The notes beneath the pieces are model-generated. The model saw only the letters and a program-made list of their open reading frames with translations, had not been told where the DNA came from and did no database searches. From contig CAZJVP010000030.1 in NCBI GenBank assembly GCA_964549615.1, positions 1 to 64,000 on the forward strand: DNA of 64,000 bases, read 5' to 3'. The stretch comes from an uncultured Thermococci archaeon (GTDB lineage Archaea; CAYQAE01; CAYVLA01). The position numbers were made by a program, and so were the translations under genes. Of the stretch, positions 29,297 to 39,928 are shown one piece after another (the stretch's first letter is position 1; every line of letters starts with the position of its first letter).

Positions 29297-29941
29297 ATGG
29301 AGATCGACGACCATTTATCTACATCGAACCGACCACATCTGCCGGTCACCTTGACGCTGCTAAAGGATCTGGGAATGCCGGCATTCCACGCCGAAGGATG
29401 GCCCAAGATCGATCCGGCGACCTGGAGGCTGAAGGTTTCGGGGCTCGTAAGGGATCGGCGGGTCTTCACCATCGAGGAGGTCAGAGCAATGCCATCCGTG
29501 ACCGTGGACGCGCGGCTGACGTCGGTCAGCGGCTTCTCGGTCAGGGCGCCCTGGGACGGCGTGGCCTTCTCCGAGTTTCTCAAGCGGATCGAGCCCCTCG
29601 AATCCGCTTCGCATGCCACCTTCAGGAGCGTCGGCGGCTACGAATCGACCGTCAGCCTGGAGAACCTCCTGAAGCCGCGGGTAATCCTGTGCTACGGCGT
29701 CGAAGGACAGCCGCTAGAGCTGGAGTACGGAGGGCCCCTTAGGCTGCTGGTGCCGCACCTGTGGGGATACAAGAGCGTCAAGTGGCTATCTGAGATCGAG
29801 CTGACAGACCGGATGAAGGGTGGCTACTGGGAGGACCGCGGGTACAGCCGGGAGGCTGAAATCGAGCCTGGATACACCTTCGACATGAACACCCGAAAAA
29901 GGAGGCCGATAAGGGGCGGCGGGGAGGTCACGGAGTTCTGA
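29297..29941 (+). CDS. Sulfite-oxidase-family molybdopterin-binding oxidoreductase (YedY/YuiH-like)
   Basis: WRLKVSGLV, WDGV, GGPLRLLVP.LWGYKSVKWL..IEL, GGYWEDRGY. Confidence 0.85.
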   Translation: MEIDDHLSTSNRPHLPVTLTLLKDLGMPAFHAEGWPKIDPATWRLKVSGLVRDRRVFTIEEVRAMPSVTVDARLTSVSGFSVRAPWDGVAFSEFLKRIEPLESASHATFRSVGGYESTVSLENLLKPRVILCYGVEGQPLELEYGGPLRLLVPHLWGYKSVKWLSEIELTDRMKGGYWEDRGYSREAEIEPGYTFDMNTRKRRPIRGGGEVTEF

Positions 29942-30052
29942 CGCTATGGAGGGTGTCGGCCCGCCCATCACAAGTCATCGAGTAGATCTCCTCCGCTGTA
30001 GGCGTCCTCATCCACCCAACACACCTGGCGGTTAGCAGCTTATTAATCTCAC

Positions 30053-31222
30053 ATGAAGGGAAGCATTATGACGATTCTTCTCGTGGGGATATCGGTCAGG
30101 GCAGCCGCGGAATCGGCCGTACGGTCGGGCTACGAGGTGAGCGCCCTCGATGTCTTCGGCGACACCGACCTGCGCGCAACGTGCCCCACCCTTTCCCTGA
30201 CGGACGAGCTTCGCCACCTTTACCCCGATGTCAGGTCGCAGACCATGCGCCTTTTCCTGTGCAGCAAGTTGTTGGACTTCGACGAGGTCGTCTACGGGTC
30301 CGGGTTCGAGAATCACCCGGAGTGCGTTCGCGAATGGGAGTCGATGGGCAAGACCGTCATAGGCAACGAGTCGGAGTCCTTGGCAGCGGTCAGAGACTGG
30401 CAGAAGCTCTTCGATTTTCTCGATTCCCGAGGCATCGACCACCCGGAGACGTATGTCGTGAGAGACGTATCGAAGTTTAACCTTGGATCGATCGACGCTC
30501 ACAAATTCATAGTGAAGCCCACGTCAAGCGGAGGAGGGCACGGGATACGGTTTCTCGACGAGATAGCTGCATCGCCGAATGCGTGGGATGAATGGTGTGA
30601 AAGATCGGTGCTTGTTCAAAGGGTCCTTCAGGGCACCCTTGCATCGGCCTCGTTCGTCTCGGGAGATCGGGGCTTCCGCCTGCTTTCCACGACCCGCCAG
30701 CTTGCCGGAACCGCCTTTTCTGCCTTCCGGTACGTCGGCAACATTGCGCCCCTCGACGCGCCCCCTGCGATCAAGAGAAGGATGGAATACGTTGCTAGGG
30801 CAATCGCGACGGAATTCGGCCTCAAGGGTTCCAACGGCGTTGACTTCATCATAGCCGGTGGGCGCGTCAACGTTTTGGAGGTGAACCCGCGCATCCAGGG
30901 AAGCCTGGAGGTCGTGGAGAGGGCGTCCGGCGTGGGGGTTTTCGATGCGCATGTGAGGTCTTGCAGGGGGCAGGGGCCACCGTCCGTGCGTGCCGCCCCT
31001 GGATTTTGGGGACGCAGGATAGTCTACGCTCCCCGCGACCTGATATCGGGCGAACTGGGGGCACTTGGCTTCACCAAGGACATCCCCCGACCCGACACCC
31101 CCCTGCGAGCCGGAGCCCCGGTGTGCACCGTTCTGGCCCACTCACGCTCCAGCCGCTGGTGTGCAAGTCTGCTCAAGCAGAGGGAGAAGAGAGTTATTAG
31201 CCTTTTGCGGCCTCCAAGCTGA
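30053..31222 (+). CDS. ATP-grasp fold protein (COG2232-like carboligase)
   Basis: SVRAAAESA, DVFGDTDL, GSGFEN, IVKP..GGG.GI, GSNGVDFI, LEVNPRIQGS, DIP...PVCTV. Confidence 0.8.
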   Translation: MKGSIMTILLVGISVRAAAESAVRSGYEVSALDVFGDTDLRATCPTLSLTDELRHLYPDVRSQTMRLFLCSKLLDFDEVVYGSGFENHPECVREWESMGKTVIGNESESLAAVRDWQKLFDFLDSRGIDHPETYVVRDVSKFNLGSIDAHKFIVKPTSSGGGHGIRFLDEIAASPNAWDEWCERSVLVQRVLQGTLASASFVSGDRGFRLLSTTRQLAGTAFSAFRYVGNIAPLDAPPAIKRRMEYVARAIATEFGLKGSNGVDFIIAGGRVNVLEVNPRIQGSLEVVERASGVGVFDAHVRSCRGQGPPSVRAAPGFWGRRIVYAPRDLISGELGALGFTKDIPRPDTPLRAGAPVCTVLAHSRSSRWCASLLKQREKRVISLLRPPS

Positions 31223-31888
31223 GTGCAGTCGCTGCCCTTCATCTTCGCATCGGCCTTCGTCATCGGGCTTACGGGCGCGATGATGCCGGGGCCGGTTCTC
31301 GTCGCAACGATAAATCGATCGGCCAGGATCGGCTTCAGGGCCGGTCCGCTCGTCGTCCTTGGCCATGCGATCATTGAGGCGGCGCTCGTCATAGCCGTGA
31401 TCCTAGGCTTGGGCGCGGCCCTCCAGAAGCCGCTGCTGATCAAGCCGATAATGCTGGTGGGGGGGTCCGTGTTGATCGTCCTGGGCGCCAACATCCTGAA
31501 CGAGGTAAGGACGGGCAAGGCCGCCCTTCCTGGGGGGCCGGACCCCTCGTCCCGGCAGGTTCAGGAATCACTACTTAGGCCCGTCGTGGAAGGAATCGTG
31601 CTGAGCGCCTCAAACCCCTATTGGACGCTCTGGTGGGCGACCATAGGCTTGACCTACATCGCGATAGCGAGCCAGTCGGGGCCGCTTGGGATCCCCGCTT
31701 TCTACAGCGGACACATACTTTCGGATCTTGCCTGGTATAGCGCTGTGGCGGCGGGCGTAGTCGTTGGCACAAGACGCGTTACAGGCCTGGGCTATAGGTT
31801 GATACTGGCCGGGTGCAGCATTTTCCTGATAGCGCTTGGCTTCCTTTTCGCGTGGCGGGGTACCTCGGGTTTGGCCGCGATGCTGTGA
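31223..31888 (+). CDS. LysE family translocator
   Basis: GAMMPGP, GPLVVLGHAIIE, NPYWTLWWATIG, GHILSDLAWY. Confidence 0.88.
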   Translation: MQSLPFIFASAFVIGLTGAMMPGPVLVATINRSARIGFRAGPLVVLGHAIIEAALVIAVILGLGAALQKPLLIKPIMLVGGSVLIVLGANILNEVRTGKAALPGGPDPSSRQVQESLLRPVVEGIVLSASNPYWTLWWATIGLTYIAIASQSGPLGIPAFYSGHILSDLAWYSAVAAGVVVGTRRVTGLGYRLILAGCSIFLIALGFLFAWRGTSGLAAML

Positions 31889-31964
31889 TGGGGCCTGTGC
31901 ACTCAGCCGAGGTGCAACAACCCGGGGGGGCAATTTTTATGTCTCCTTCCGCTATCAACAACGA

Positions 31965-33269
31965 GTGAACCCGTCCGATCGGAAACTCATAGTCCTCGAT
32001 CCCTTCAGCCGCGAGGCCCGCGAGTTGGCCAAGAAAACGCCACCGCTAGATGCCCTTGGGCAGAGGTACATCCAAGCATGCAGAGAGAGGATAGAATGGT
32101 TCGCCTCCCCGTTTCTGGAGAAGGACGGCATCCCGGTGCAGATCGAGAGATCGCCTCCCGATGTCCTGATCGAGCCGCCCGATCTTCAGTTCGACATCTC
32201 GGTTTTCTACCTCCTGATGCAGTCGTGCGCCGCCTGCTTTCCGCCGGGGTCCTTTGAGGCCAGGACCGTCATCTCAGCGAACCGAGAGATATTTCGGAGG
32301 AGGCTCAAGGCCTGCTACGCCGAGACGCAGGAAGCCATCCTCGATCTGCTCCCTGACATCGGAGTTGCCAAAGCCGGCCCCGATGAGATACCGCGGCAGG
32401 ATCTCTACAAGATCATGGCACTGCGAAAGTTCGCTGAGATGCGCAGTGCGTCCGTCACCTCCTCAACGCTCCACGAGATCAAGTTCAAAGCCAACTGGAC
32501 CCGCATACTTCCAACCACCTACGATCTGACCGATTTCTACATAAAGGACGGCTGGGCGTACCTGTCCGCAAATGACCTCTTGGAACTATTATCCCAGGAT
32601 ATCGGGCGCAGAATGGAGCTATACATGTCCCAAGTCAGGCAGAAGATGGACGCAGCCAAGGTCAAGCCCCATCCGACGTTCAGGAGCGTTGGAAAGATCA
32701 TCTCGGATCTGTCATCCAAGAGCCATGAGGATCTAGTCGGCATGGGCGGAGAGCTGAGGGAGGAGTTCTACCCGCCCTGCATCAAACAGGCTGAACAGGG
32801 CGTGGACGCCGGAAGTCGGAACTACGCCGTAACGGTTCTCTTGACGTCCTTCCTTTCGCATGCAAGGATCTCCCCCTTTGCGGGCGATGCCAAGATATCA
32901 GACTTCATCGATGACATGTCAGTTATCACGTCTGAGATCTTGCCTAGGATATACGAGGCAGGGGCGAGATGCAACCCGCCCCTCTTCGATGATCAGCCGG
33001 TAGAGAAGGCCAACATCATGTACCATCTTGGGTTCGGGCTGATCGAAAACCCGCGGCTTGAGGACTCAGGAAACTCGACTTGGTACATACCCCCTAACTG
33101 TGAGAAGATACAGCGCGAGGTGCCGATGCTCTGCAAGCCGGATGCTCTCTGCCGCAGGATCAAGAACCCGATCATTTACTACGTCATCAAGGCGAGGGGC
33201 AGCGAGAGACCGAGGGAAAGCACCTCTAGCCTGGCGGGAATCGCGCAAGCGCGCGATCGACGAAGCTGA
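31965..33269 (+). CDS. priL: DNA primase large subunit
   Basis: LDPFS.EA.EL, YIKDGWAYL, FYPPCI, G.RNYA..LLTSFL, CNPPLF, WY.PPNCEKI, LC.PD..C..IKNP..YY (Fe-S cysteines). Confidence 0.88.
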   Translation: MNPSDRKLIVLDPFSREARELAKKTPPLDALGQRYIQACRERIEWFASPFLEKDGIPVQIERSPPDVLIEPPDLQFDISVFYLLMQSCAACFPPGSFEARTVISANREIFRRRLKACYAETQEAILDLLPDIGVAKAGPDEIPRQDLYKIMALRKFAEMRSASVTSSTLHEIKFKANWTRILPTTYDLTDFYIKDGWAYLSANDLLELLSQDIGRRMELYMSQVRQKMDAAKVKPHPTFRSVGKIISDLSSKSHEDLVGMGGELREEFYPPCIKQAEQGVDAGSRNYAVTVLLTSFLSHARISPFAGDAKISDFIDDMSVITSEILPRIYEAGARCNPPLFDDQPVEKANIMYHLGFGLIENPRLEDSGNSTWYIPPNCEKIQREVPMLCKPDALCRRIKNPIIYYVIKARGSERPRESTSSLAGIAQARDRRS

Positions 33270-33660
33270 ACCTATCCAGGAGTTCCAGATTCCTTTTCTT
33301 TACCAGCGCCACGATGCGCCCTTCCTCGTCGACCACGCCGAGGCGGGAGGTTCCGGTTTGCCTGAAAAGCTGAGCAACCTCCGTCAGCGAAGCATCCTTG
33401 GGAACGGTATGGATTGGCTCAAGCTTCAGGTCCCCGACTTTGGCGGAGAGCAGGTCGACGCCGGACTCTATTGCGCGAAAGAGGATCTCATCGGTGACGA
33501 TGCCGACATGCCTTTTTCCGTCCATCACTATCAACGACCCTATCCCTCGCTCGCGGAACTCCCGGGCTACCTTCCGGACTGGGTCTTTGACATCGCAGAA
33601 CACCAGTTCCTTTCTGCCTATGTCGTAGGCCGTCCCAAGATCGTATGCAGTCTTCACCAT
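33226..33660 (-). CDS. CBS-domain pair protein
   Basis: RGIGSLIVMDG.RHVGIVTD; SRLGVVDEEGRIVALV. Confidence 0.85.
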   Translation of the reverse strand: MVKTAYDLGTAYDIGRKELVFCDVKDPVRKVAREFRERGIGSLIVMDGKRHVGIVTDEILFRAIESGVDLLSAKVGDLKLEPIHTVPKDASLTEVAQLFRQTGTSRLGVVDEEGRIVALVKKRNLELLDRFSFVDRALARFPPG

Positions 33661-33674
33661 TCAAAAGTCCCCTT

Positions 33675-34028
33675 CTAGGTCAGATACGCGCCCAGGAACA
33701 AGAAGAACCCGATCCCAAACGGCAGAACGGCCGCCTGGAAATGCCTTGAAAAGCCCAGCAACCTCAGCGCGGGGCGCAACACGCCGTATATCACTAACAA
33801 TCCGAGCGAGTACAGCCCAAACAGCGCTGTGCCGAGGAGCTCGACATCCACCCGTAGGAGAATTAGGACGGCGCCGAGCGCTCCAGACGCAAGGACGAGA
33901 TTCGCAATCGGCGCGGCCAATGTCGCGGCGACCGTGAGTTCAGTTCCCAAGCTTCTTCCTGACACCAACCCAACCTCAGCCAGCAGATGCCACGTCGCTG
34001 CGCGCGCCATCCCACCCATCTGGCGCAC
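33675..34028 (-). CDS. Small membrane protein, about 3 TM helices
   Basis: Hydrophobic ORF between atpD and the CBS gene; start uncertain. Confidence 0.5.
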   Translation of the reverse strand: MRQMGGMARAATWHLLAEVGLVSGRSLGTELTVAATLAAPIANLVLASGALGAVLILLRVDVELLGTALFGLYSLGLLVIYGVLRPALRLLGFSRHFQAAVLPFGIGFFLFLGAYLT

Positions 34029-34070
34029 AAAAATGTTACGAGACCCTTCAAGTGATGCACGGGGCGCTGA

Positions 34071-34718
34071 CTACGCGGACTCGGCAACCAGCATTGCCTT
34101 GATCTTCTTCAGCCTCGAGAAGTTCTCCCTCTCCAGTTCCTCCAACCTATCCTCGATCAAGCGGATGGAGCCTTGGAGCTTGGGCACTACGACGTGGTCA
34201 AGCGCGCTCACACGGCGCCTCGTCTTCTCCAGTTCCGCGGCGACCCTCCTCGCACGTTCCTCCACCGAGGCCAGGACCAGAACCGCATCCAGCGCCTTCT
34301 CGAACGCCGAGGCAGCATCGTCAAGCAGGCTCGAACCGCCGACGAAGGAGTACCCGCGTCTGGTTGCATCCCTCTCGGCCGAGGTGAACTCCAGCACCGG
34401 CACGACGACCCCCATGATGTTCCTCGAACTGACCGAAAGGCTTATTTGACCTTTCGTGTAGGTCGATACCTGCCTCGTCTCGGCCGTCCCCATGGCCGCG
34501 TAGCAGATCGAGAGGGCGCGATGAGCTCTCTCCACCGCCCCGTTGGCCGAATCCCTGGCTTCCTTCACCATGCGCATCACCTCGAAGAACTCGTTTACCA
34601 GCGCATCCCGCTTCTGCTTGAGGAGGTCCCGCCCCCTCTCGGCCAATCTGACCCTTTCCTTGAGCTTGATGAGCTCCATCCTCGTGGGCTTCAGGCCCTC
34701 GATCAGCTGTTGAGGCAC
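34071..34718 (-). CDS. atpD: A-type ATP synthase subunit D
   Basis: KPTRMELIKLK...LAERG..LLKQKRDAL; ELEKTRRRVSALD; LEELERENFSRLKKIK. Confidence 0.95.
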   Translation of the reverse strand: MPQQLIEGLKPTRMELIKLKERVRLAERGRDLLKQKRDALVNEFFEVMRMVKEARDSANGAVERAHRALSICYAAMGTAETRQVSTYTKGQISLSVSSRNIMGVVVPVLEFTSAERDATRRGYSFVGGSSLLDDAASAFEKALDAVLVLASVEERARRVAAELEKTRRRVSALDHVVVPKLQGSIRLIEDRLEELERENFSRLKKIKAMLVAESA

Positions 34719-34734
34719 GGTGGCCCTCCCTCAC

Positions 34735-36120
34735 CTAGGTTTTCCCGGGCACGTAGTACTTGGCTATGAAACGATCCTCTATCCTCTTGAGCTCGTCGCG
34801 GGGCAGCGTGGAGAGTATCTCCCAGGCCTTCGATAGGGTGGTCTCGATGCTGCGGTTCTCGTACCTGCCCTGGCTCAGCAACTTGGTCTCAAAAAGGTGG
34901 GCGAACTCAAGATACGTGCGATCCCTAGGCGTGAGAGCCTCCTCGCCAACCACCGCAACTAGGTCGCGCAGATCGCGGCCCTCGGCGTACGAAGCGTAGA
35001 GTTGGTTCTGCACGTTGGAGTGGTCCTCCCGCGTGTGCCCCTCGCCTATTCCTCGCTTCATCAGCCTGCTCAGCGAGGGAAGCACATCGATCGGCGGGTA
35101 GATGCCCCTCCTGTGCAAGGCCCGGGACAGGACTATCTGGCCCTCGGTGATGTACCCGGTCAGGTCCGGTATGGGATGCGTGATGTCGTCGTCGGGCATG
35201 GTCAAGATCGGTATCTGGGTTATGCTGCCCTTCTTGCCCTTGATCCTGCCCGCCCGCTCGTAGGTCGTCGCAAGGTCCGTGTACATGTAACCCGGATATC
35301 CCCTGCGGCCTGGGACCTCCTCCCTTGCCGCGCTGATCTCGCGGAGGCTTTCGCAGTAGTTCGTCATGTCCGTCCTGATCACCAGGACGTGCATGCCCTG
35401 CCGGAAAGCAAGGTACTCTGCAGCGGTCAGAGCCATCCTGGGCGTGATTATCCTCTCGATGGCTGGGTCGTCTGCCAGGTTGAGGAACATCACGATCCTC
35501 TCGATCGCCCCCGTCCTTTCGAAGTCCCTTCGGAAGAAGCTTGCCTCCTCGTAGGTTATCCCCATGGCAGCAAATACGACGGCGAACTCTTCCTCTTCGC
35601 CCAAGACCGTGGACTGGCGCGCGATCTGGGCCGCGATGTCGTTGTGCGGCAGGCCCGACGCTGATAGGATGGGAAGCTTCTGCCCCCGCACCAGCGTGTT
35701 CAACCCGTCTATAGCGGATATGCCGGTCTGTATGAACTCCTCGGGGTATTCCCTAGCGACCGGGTTCATCGGAGCACCGTTTATGTCGAGCCTGTCCTCG
35801 GCCACGACCTCCGGGCCGCCGTCCAACGGCCTCCCCATGCCGTCGAAGATGCGCCCGACTAGTTCCATCGACACGGGCAGCATCAGGCTCTCGCCCGCGA
35901 ACTTCACGCTCGTGTGCCTCGTGTCCAAGCCCCCGGTGCCCTCGAACACCATTATCACGGCGGCGTCCTTGCTGACCTCGAGGACCTGGCCGCGCCTTTC
36001 CTCCCCCGAAGGCATCCTTATTTCCACAACCTCGTTGTACCCAACGCCCTTGACGGCCTCGACGACGATCAGAGGTCCCGATATCTCCGCCACCGTGTTG
36101 TAGATCACGTCGCTACTCAT
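34735..36120 (-). CDS. atpB: A-type ATP synthase subunit B
   Basis: [60 protein letters not shown]. Confidence 0.97.
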   Translation of the reverse strand: MSSDVIYNTVAEISGPLIVVEAVKGVGYNEVVEIRMPSGEERRGQVLEVSKDAAVIMVFEGTGGLDTRHTSVKFAGESLMLPVSMELVGRIFDGMGRPLDGGPEVVAEDRLDINGAPMNPVAREYPEEFIQTGISAIDGLNTLVRGQKLPILSASGLPHNDIAAQIARQSTVLGEEEEFAVVFAAMGITYEEASFFRRDFERTGAIERIVMFLNLADDPAIERIITPRMALTAAEYLAFRQGMHVLVIRTDMTNYCESLREISAAREEVPGRRGYPGYMYTDLATTYERAGRIKGKKGSITQIPILTMPDDDITHPIPDLTGYITEGQIVLSRALHRRGIYPPIDVLPSLSRLMKRGIGEGHTREDHSNVQNQLYASYAEGRDLRDLVAVVGEEALTPRDRTYLEFAHLFETKLLSQGRYENRSIETTLSKAWEILSTLPRDELKRIEDRFIAKYYVPGKT

Positions 36121-37871
36121 GTGGCCACCCCCTCCATCACCCGGCCGAACTCATCCTGCATCATCCTCTCGATCCTCCGCGACTCGGCCTCGAACTTGTC
36201 CGACGGTATCAGTTTCATCCTGGCAAGCTCAGCACGGACCTTCATCTCCCTTATGCGGTCCACGCCCACGCCCCTATGCACGGCATCCATTGCGCGATCG
36301 TAGAAAGCGAGCACCAACCTAAGCATCCCCATCTGCTTCTCCAACGGGCAGTAGGTGTCGACCTCGTCGTATGCGAACTGCTGCAGGAAGTCTTCCCGTA
36401 TGATGCGTGTACATTCCAGGAGGAGGCGTTCGTTCTCTGGGAGCGCGTCAGGGCCGACCAGCTGCACTATCTCCTGTAGCTCCTTCTCTCGCTGCAGAAG
36501 TTGGAGGCTTCTCGATCGCATGCCCACCCAGTCTCCGACCCTCTTTGAATACCAGTCTGCCAACTGGTCGACGTACAGAGAATAGCTCGTCAGCCAGTTG
36601 ATGGCCGGGAAATGCCGCCGTTGGGCCAGGTTGGAATCCAAGGCCCAGAAGCACTTCGTGATCCTGAGCGTGTTCTGCGTGACGGGTTCGGAGAAGTCGC
36701 CCCCGCCCGGGGAAACCGCCCCAACGATCGATATCGATCCTTCCTTTCCCGAGAGGGTGATTGCCCTTCCGGCCCGCTCGTAGAACTCGGCGAGCCGGGC
36801 TCCCAGATAGGCCGGGAAACCCCTTTCCCCCGGCATCTCCTCGAGGCGGCTTGAGATCTCCCTCATGGCCTCCGCCCATCTGGAGGTCGAGTCAGCCATC
36901 AGTGCAACGCCATATCCCATGTCCCTGTAGTACTCCGCGAGCGTGATGCCGGTGTACACGGATGCCTCCCTTGCCGCAACGGGCATGTTCGAGGTGTTTG
37001 CGATCAGGATGGTCCGTTCCATCAGGGGAACCTTGTGCCTAGGGTCCTCAAGCCGGGGGAAGTCCTTGAGGACTTCTGCCATCTCGTTCCCGCGCTCCCC
37101 GCAGCCAACGTAGACCACTATGTCCGCGTCGCTCCACTTGGCGAGCTGATGTTGCGAGACGGTCTTCCCGGTCCCAAACCCTCCTGGGATGGCCGCGGTG
37201 CCGCCCTTGGCTATGGGAAAGAATGTGTCGAAGATCCGTTGTCCGGTCACCAGGGGCACGGTCGGGTCCAACTTCCTTTGGATCGGCCTCGGACGCCTCA
37301 CCGGCCATGTCCTCAGCATCGCAACCTTGGACCCGCCGATGGTCGCTATGGCCTCCTCGATTCGATACTCGCCCTCGGGCGCTAGCTCCTCCAACTTGCC
37401 CGAGACGCCGATGGGAACCAAGACGATGTGTTCCACTATCTTCGATTCCTGAACCTTTCCAAGCTGCTGCCCCTCAGCCAACACGTCGCCCTCCTTGGCC
37501 GTGGGGATGAAACGCCACTTCCTCTTCCGATCAAGGGAGTCGACCGAGACACCCCGCCTCACGAAGTCGCCTGCATGCGTCCTCAGTGCTTCAAGGGGCC
37601 TCTGGACGCCGTCGTAGATGTTGCCTATCAACCCAGGCCCAAGCTCGACTGATAGGGGCTTCTCGGTACAGAGCACCCTGTCGCCGGGCTTGACGCCCGT
37701 GGTCTCCTCGTAGACCTGTATCACGCAATTGTCGCCGGCAAGCCTTATGATCTCGCCTATCAGCTTGTCTTCCCCGACCATTGCAATATCGTACATCTTG
37801 GCTCCGACCATGCCGCCCGCCTTCACCACGGGACCGGCCACGCTCACGACACTTCCCTCGATCATCGTCAA
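36117..37871 (-). CDS. atpA: A-type ATP synthase subunit A
   Basis: [51 protein letters not shown]; no intein. Confidence 0.97.
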   Translation of the reverse strand: MTMIEGSVVSVAGPVVKAGGMVGAKMYDIAMVGEDKLIGEIIRLAGDNCVIQVYEETTGVKPGDRVLCTEKPLSVELGPGLIGNIYDGVQRPLEALRTHAGDFVRRGVSVDSLDRKRKWRFIPTAKEGDVLAEGQQLGKVQESKIVEHIVLVPIGVSGKLEELAPEGEYRIEEAIATIGGSKVAMLRTWPVRRPRPIQRKLDPTVPLVTGQRIFDTFFPIAKGGTAAIPGGFGTGKTVSQHQLAKWSDADIVVYVGCGERGNEMAEVLKDFPRLEDPRHKVPLMERTILIANTSNMPVAAREASVYTGITLAEYYRDMGYGVALMADSTSRWAEAMREISSRLEEMPGERGFPAYLGARLAEFYERAGRAITLSGKEGSISIVGAVSPGGGDFSEPVTQNTLRITKCFWALDSNLAQRRHFPAINWLTSYSLYVDQLADWYSKRVGDWVGMRSRSLQLLQREKELQEIVQLVGPDALPENERLLLECTRIIREDFLQQFAYDEVDTYCPLEKQMGMLRLVLAFYDRAMDAVHRGVGVDRIREMKVRAELARMKLIPSDKFEAESRRIERMMQDEFGRVMEGVAT

Positions 37872-38194
37872 ACCTCCAAAACCATGTCCGTCCCCACCAC
37901 CCGCCGAATCATCTTGCGAAGACCGTCATCGTATTCAAGGGGACCCCCCTTGTCGGGGATCTCCACTATGATGGGCTCGACGCGCCCCTTCTCCCTCCTG
38001 AGTCTGTCAACGAAGCCCGGGATCTGAGCCGCAACAGCATGCGTTATCACCACGACTCCAACGTTCTTCGTCATCATGTCGCGGATGAATGCTTCCGTTC
38101 TCGCGGGGTCGGAGTGCACGTGCGTTCGGACAACGCCCGCTAGGCGGAATCCTACAACCGTATCCTCATCTGCAATCACGGCGATCTCACTCAA
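37868..38194 (-). CDS. atpF: A-type ATP synthase subunit F
   Basis: [33 protein letters not shown]. Confidence 0.93.
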   Translation of the reverse strand: MSEIAVIADEDTVVGFRLAGVVRTHVHSDPARTEAFIRDMMTKNVGVVVITHAVAAQIPGFVDRLRREKGRVEPIIVEIPDKGGPLEYDDGLRKMIRRVVGTDMVLEV

Positions 38195-39311
38195 GCCTAG
38201 CCGACCTCAACAGGATGCGTTTCATCTCGACGCTGGGCACCCGATCCGCTATCCCCCTGGCCAATACCCTGATGTTGCGCACCTCAGCGTGCTTGGCATA
38301 GAGGTAGGCCAACGGCGTGGCGATCGTCAAGGGTTTGAACACCGAGACGCTCTTGCAGAAATCAAGCAGCGACTCATCAAGGAGTTTCTCTGCATATGCG
38401 ATGTCCTCCCCTGCGGACGAAAGTATGGGAATCAGGATCGACTTGAGGCGCGTCCCGGACAACGAATTCCTCACGCCTTCAAGCGTCTCTGACCTCGCGC
38501 ACTCACGCAGGACGCTGAGGCTGACCTCGGCTTCGATGGGGATTAAGTTCTTGAGTATGAGATCCGGCTCAACTCCCAGGCGCTTGAGCCTTAGGATCAG
38601 CTTGACGTTCGTCAAGTCCACCTCCCTGCCGAGAATGTTCTTGGCTATCCTGCAGTTCGCTCTGCCCAAATCGCTCGCCCTCTTCCACACTGCGGCGTAG
38701 TAGGACTGCTCGACGGCTCTCATCAGATCAAGCGGGTCATACTCGCCGGGTTCCAGGTATTTCTTCAGCTGCTGGTAGTACTCCGTCTCGCTGAGCTGCT
38801 TGATCAAGTCCTTGATGCTTTCGCTCCGAGCCATCACCTCAAGCCGCGCCTTCGAGAAGATCATGCCGGCACCGAGATGGGCTATGGCTAGGTCACGTTC
38901 CACCAGCCCGGATGCGGCCCTGATCACCAACTTCAAGTTGGCCAGATCCAGCCTCTCCGCGAACTTCTTCAGAAACGGCACGCATTGCTTGGGTGCTATG
39001 CTGAAAAGCTCCTCGTACGCGCCGAGGAGATGACGATTCAAGGCAGATTCCAGTTGCTCGACGCTTTCGACGGATTCCTTCAGCTCTGACTCGTAATCAG
39101 TGCCCCTAAGGCCAAGCGCAAGGGACTGTAGCGAAGCCGACTCTAGAAGCGTCTCGATCTTCGACTCGTCCAGCATCCTAGCCTCCCAGGCGCGGATCTT
39201 GGCCATCGGGTACGCGTAGGGCGCAACGCGGCGCGCGTTGTTTGCCACCGCCGCCGCCCCGGCCGCCACGATCCCCAGCACCGTCGCCAAGATCTGGTAC
39301 TCCGCTATCAC
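38187..39311 (-). CDS. atpC: A-type ATP synthase subunit C
   Basis: PYAYPMAKIRA, DLANLK, EVD..NVK..LR.K, EVRNIR.LARG; operon position. Confidence 0.9.
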   Translation of the reverse strand: MIAEYQILATVLGIVAAGAAAVANNARRVAPYAYPMAKIRAWEARMLDESKIETLLESASLQSLALGLRGTDYESELKESVESVEQLESALNRHLLGAYEELFSIAPKQCVPFLKKFAERLDLANLKLVIRAASGLVERDLAIAHLGAGMIFSKARLEVMARSESIKDLIKQLSETEYYQQLKKYLEPGEYDPLDLMRAVEQSYYAAVWKRASDLGRANCRIAKNILGREVDLTNVKLILRLKRLGVEPDLILKNLIPIEAEVSLSVLRECARSETLEGVRNSLSGTRLKSILIPILSSAGEDIAYAEKLLDESLLDFCKSVSVFKPLTIATPLAYLYAKHAEVRNIRVLARGIADRVPSVEMKRILLRSARLE

Positions 39312-39928
39312 TCGGGGATTCCTCCGCTCAGCAGCTGGGCCAGCTTTGGCCTTAGCAGGGGCTTCAGCTTCCGGATCTTGGCCTCGTAGGTTCGATCCAA
39401 GACCACCCTCCGCTCAGGGTCGGAGAGCTCGAAGCCGCCGATGCAGTCCATGCCCCGTCCCAGGATCAGTCTCTTACGGAAGCCATTTGCAGCGAGGGTA
39501 CTTTCGATCTCCTCTTTGAACCCCGCTATCGCGTCCAGGTCCCTCGGGTTGGCATCCACCCTGAACTCATCGCTGTCAAGGAGCTTGGCTGTGTCGATGA
39601 CCAGTTCTTTCATACGAACTTTGTATTCATTGGTACGCACGTAGCTCCTCAGCCTCTCCATGGCCTGCGCCCAGGCCTGCTCTATGAGTTCCTCCCTCGC
39701 AACCAACATTCTTCTCCTCAGATCCGTCCGGATGGCGCCGAGCCTCTCCTGGTATCGCAGCTCCGCTTCGGCCTTCGCCTCTTCAAGCATCCGGGAGGCA
39801 AGGATGCTTGCCTCGCGCCGCGCCTCCGTGAGCCTTCGGGCCTTCTCGTCGGAGGCTTCCTTCACAAGCCTCGCCGCTTCGCGCATGGCCTTCTCCAGTA
39901 TGCTGTTCTGGATGGCTTGGAAGCTCAA
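39308..39928 (-). CDS. atpE: A-type ATP synthase subunit E
   Basis: N-terminal coiled coil; CIGGF.L....RVVLDRTYEA. Confidence 0.88.
   Translation of the reverse strand: MSFQAIQNSILEKAMREAARLVKEASDEKARRLTEARREASILASRMLEEAKAEAELRYQERLGAIRTDLRRRMLVAREELIEQAWAQAMERLRSYVRTNEYKVRMKELVIDTAKLLDSDEFRVDANPRDLDAIAGFKEEIESTLAANGFRKRLILGRGMDCIGGFELSDPERRVVLDRTYEAKIRKLKPLLRPKLAQLLSGGIPE

Noticed and set aside
35365-35385. AtpB VIRTD instead of VI(L/M)TD
   Set aside because: A single-base difference (ATG to AGG) that cannot be separated from sequencing error.
11606-37871. Inteins in RtcB, RFC or AtpA
   Set aside because: All are normal length with contiguous motifs and no intein termini.
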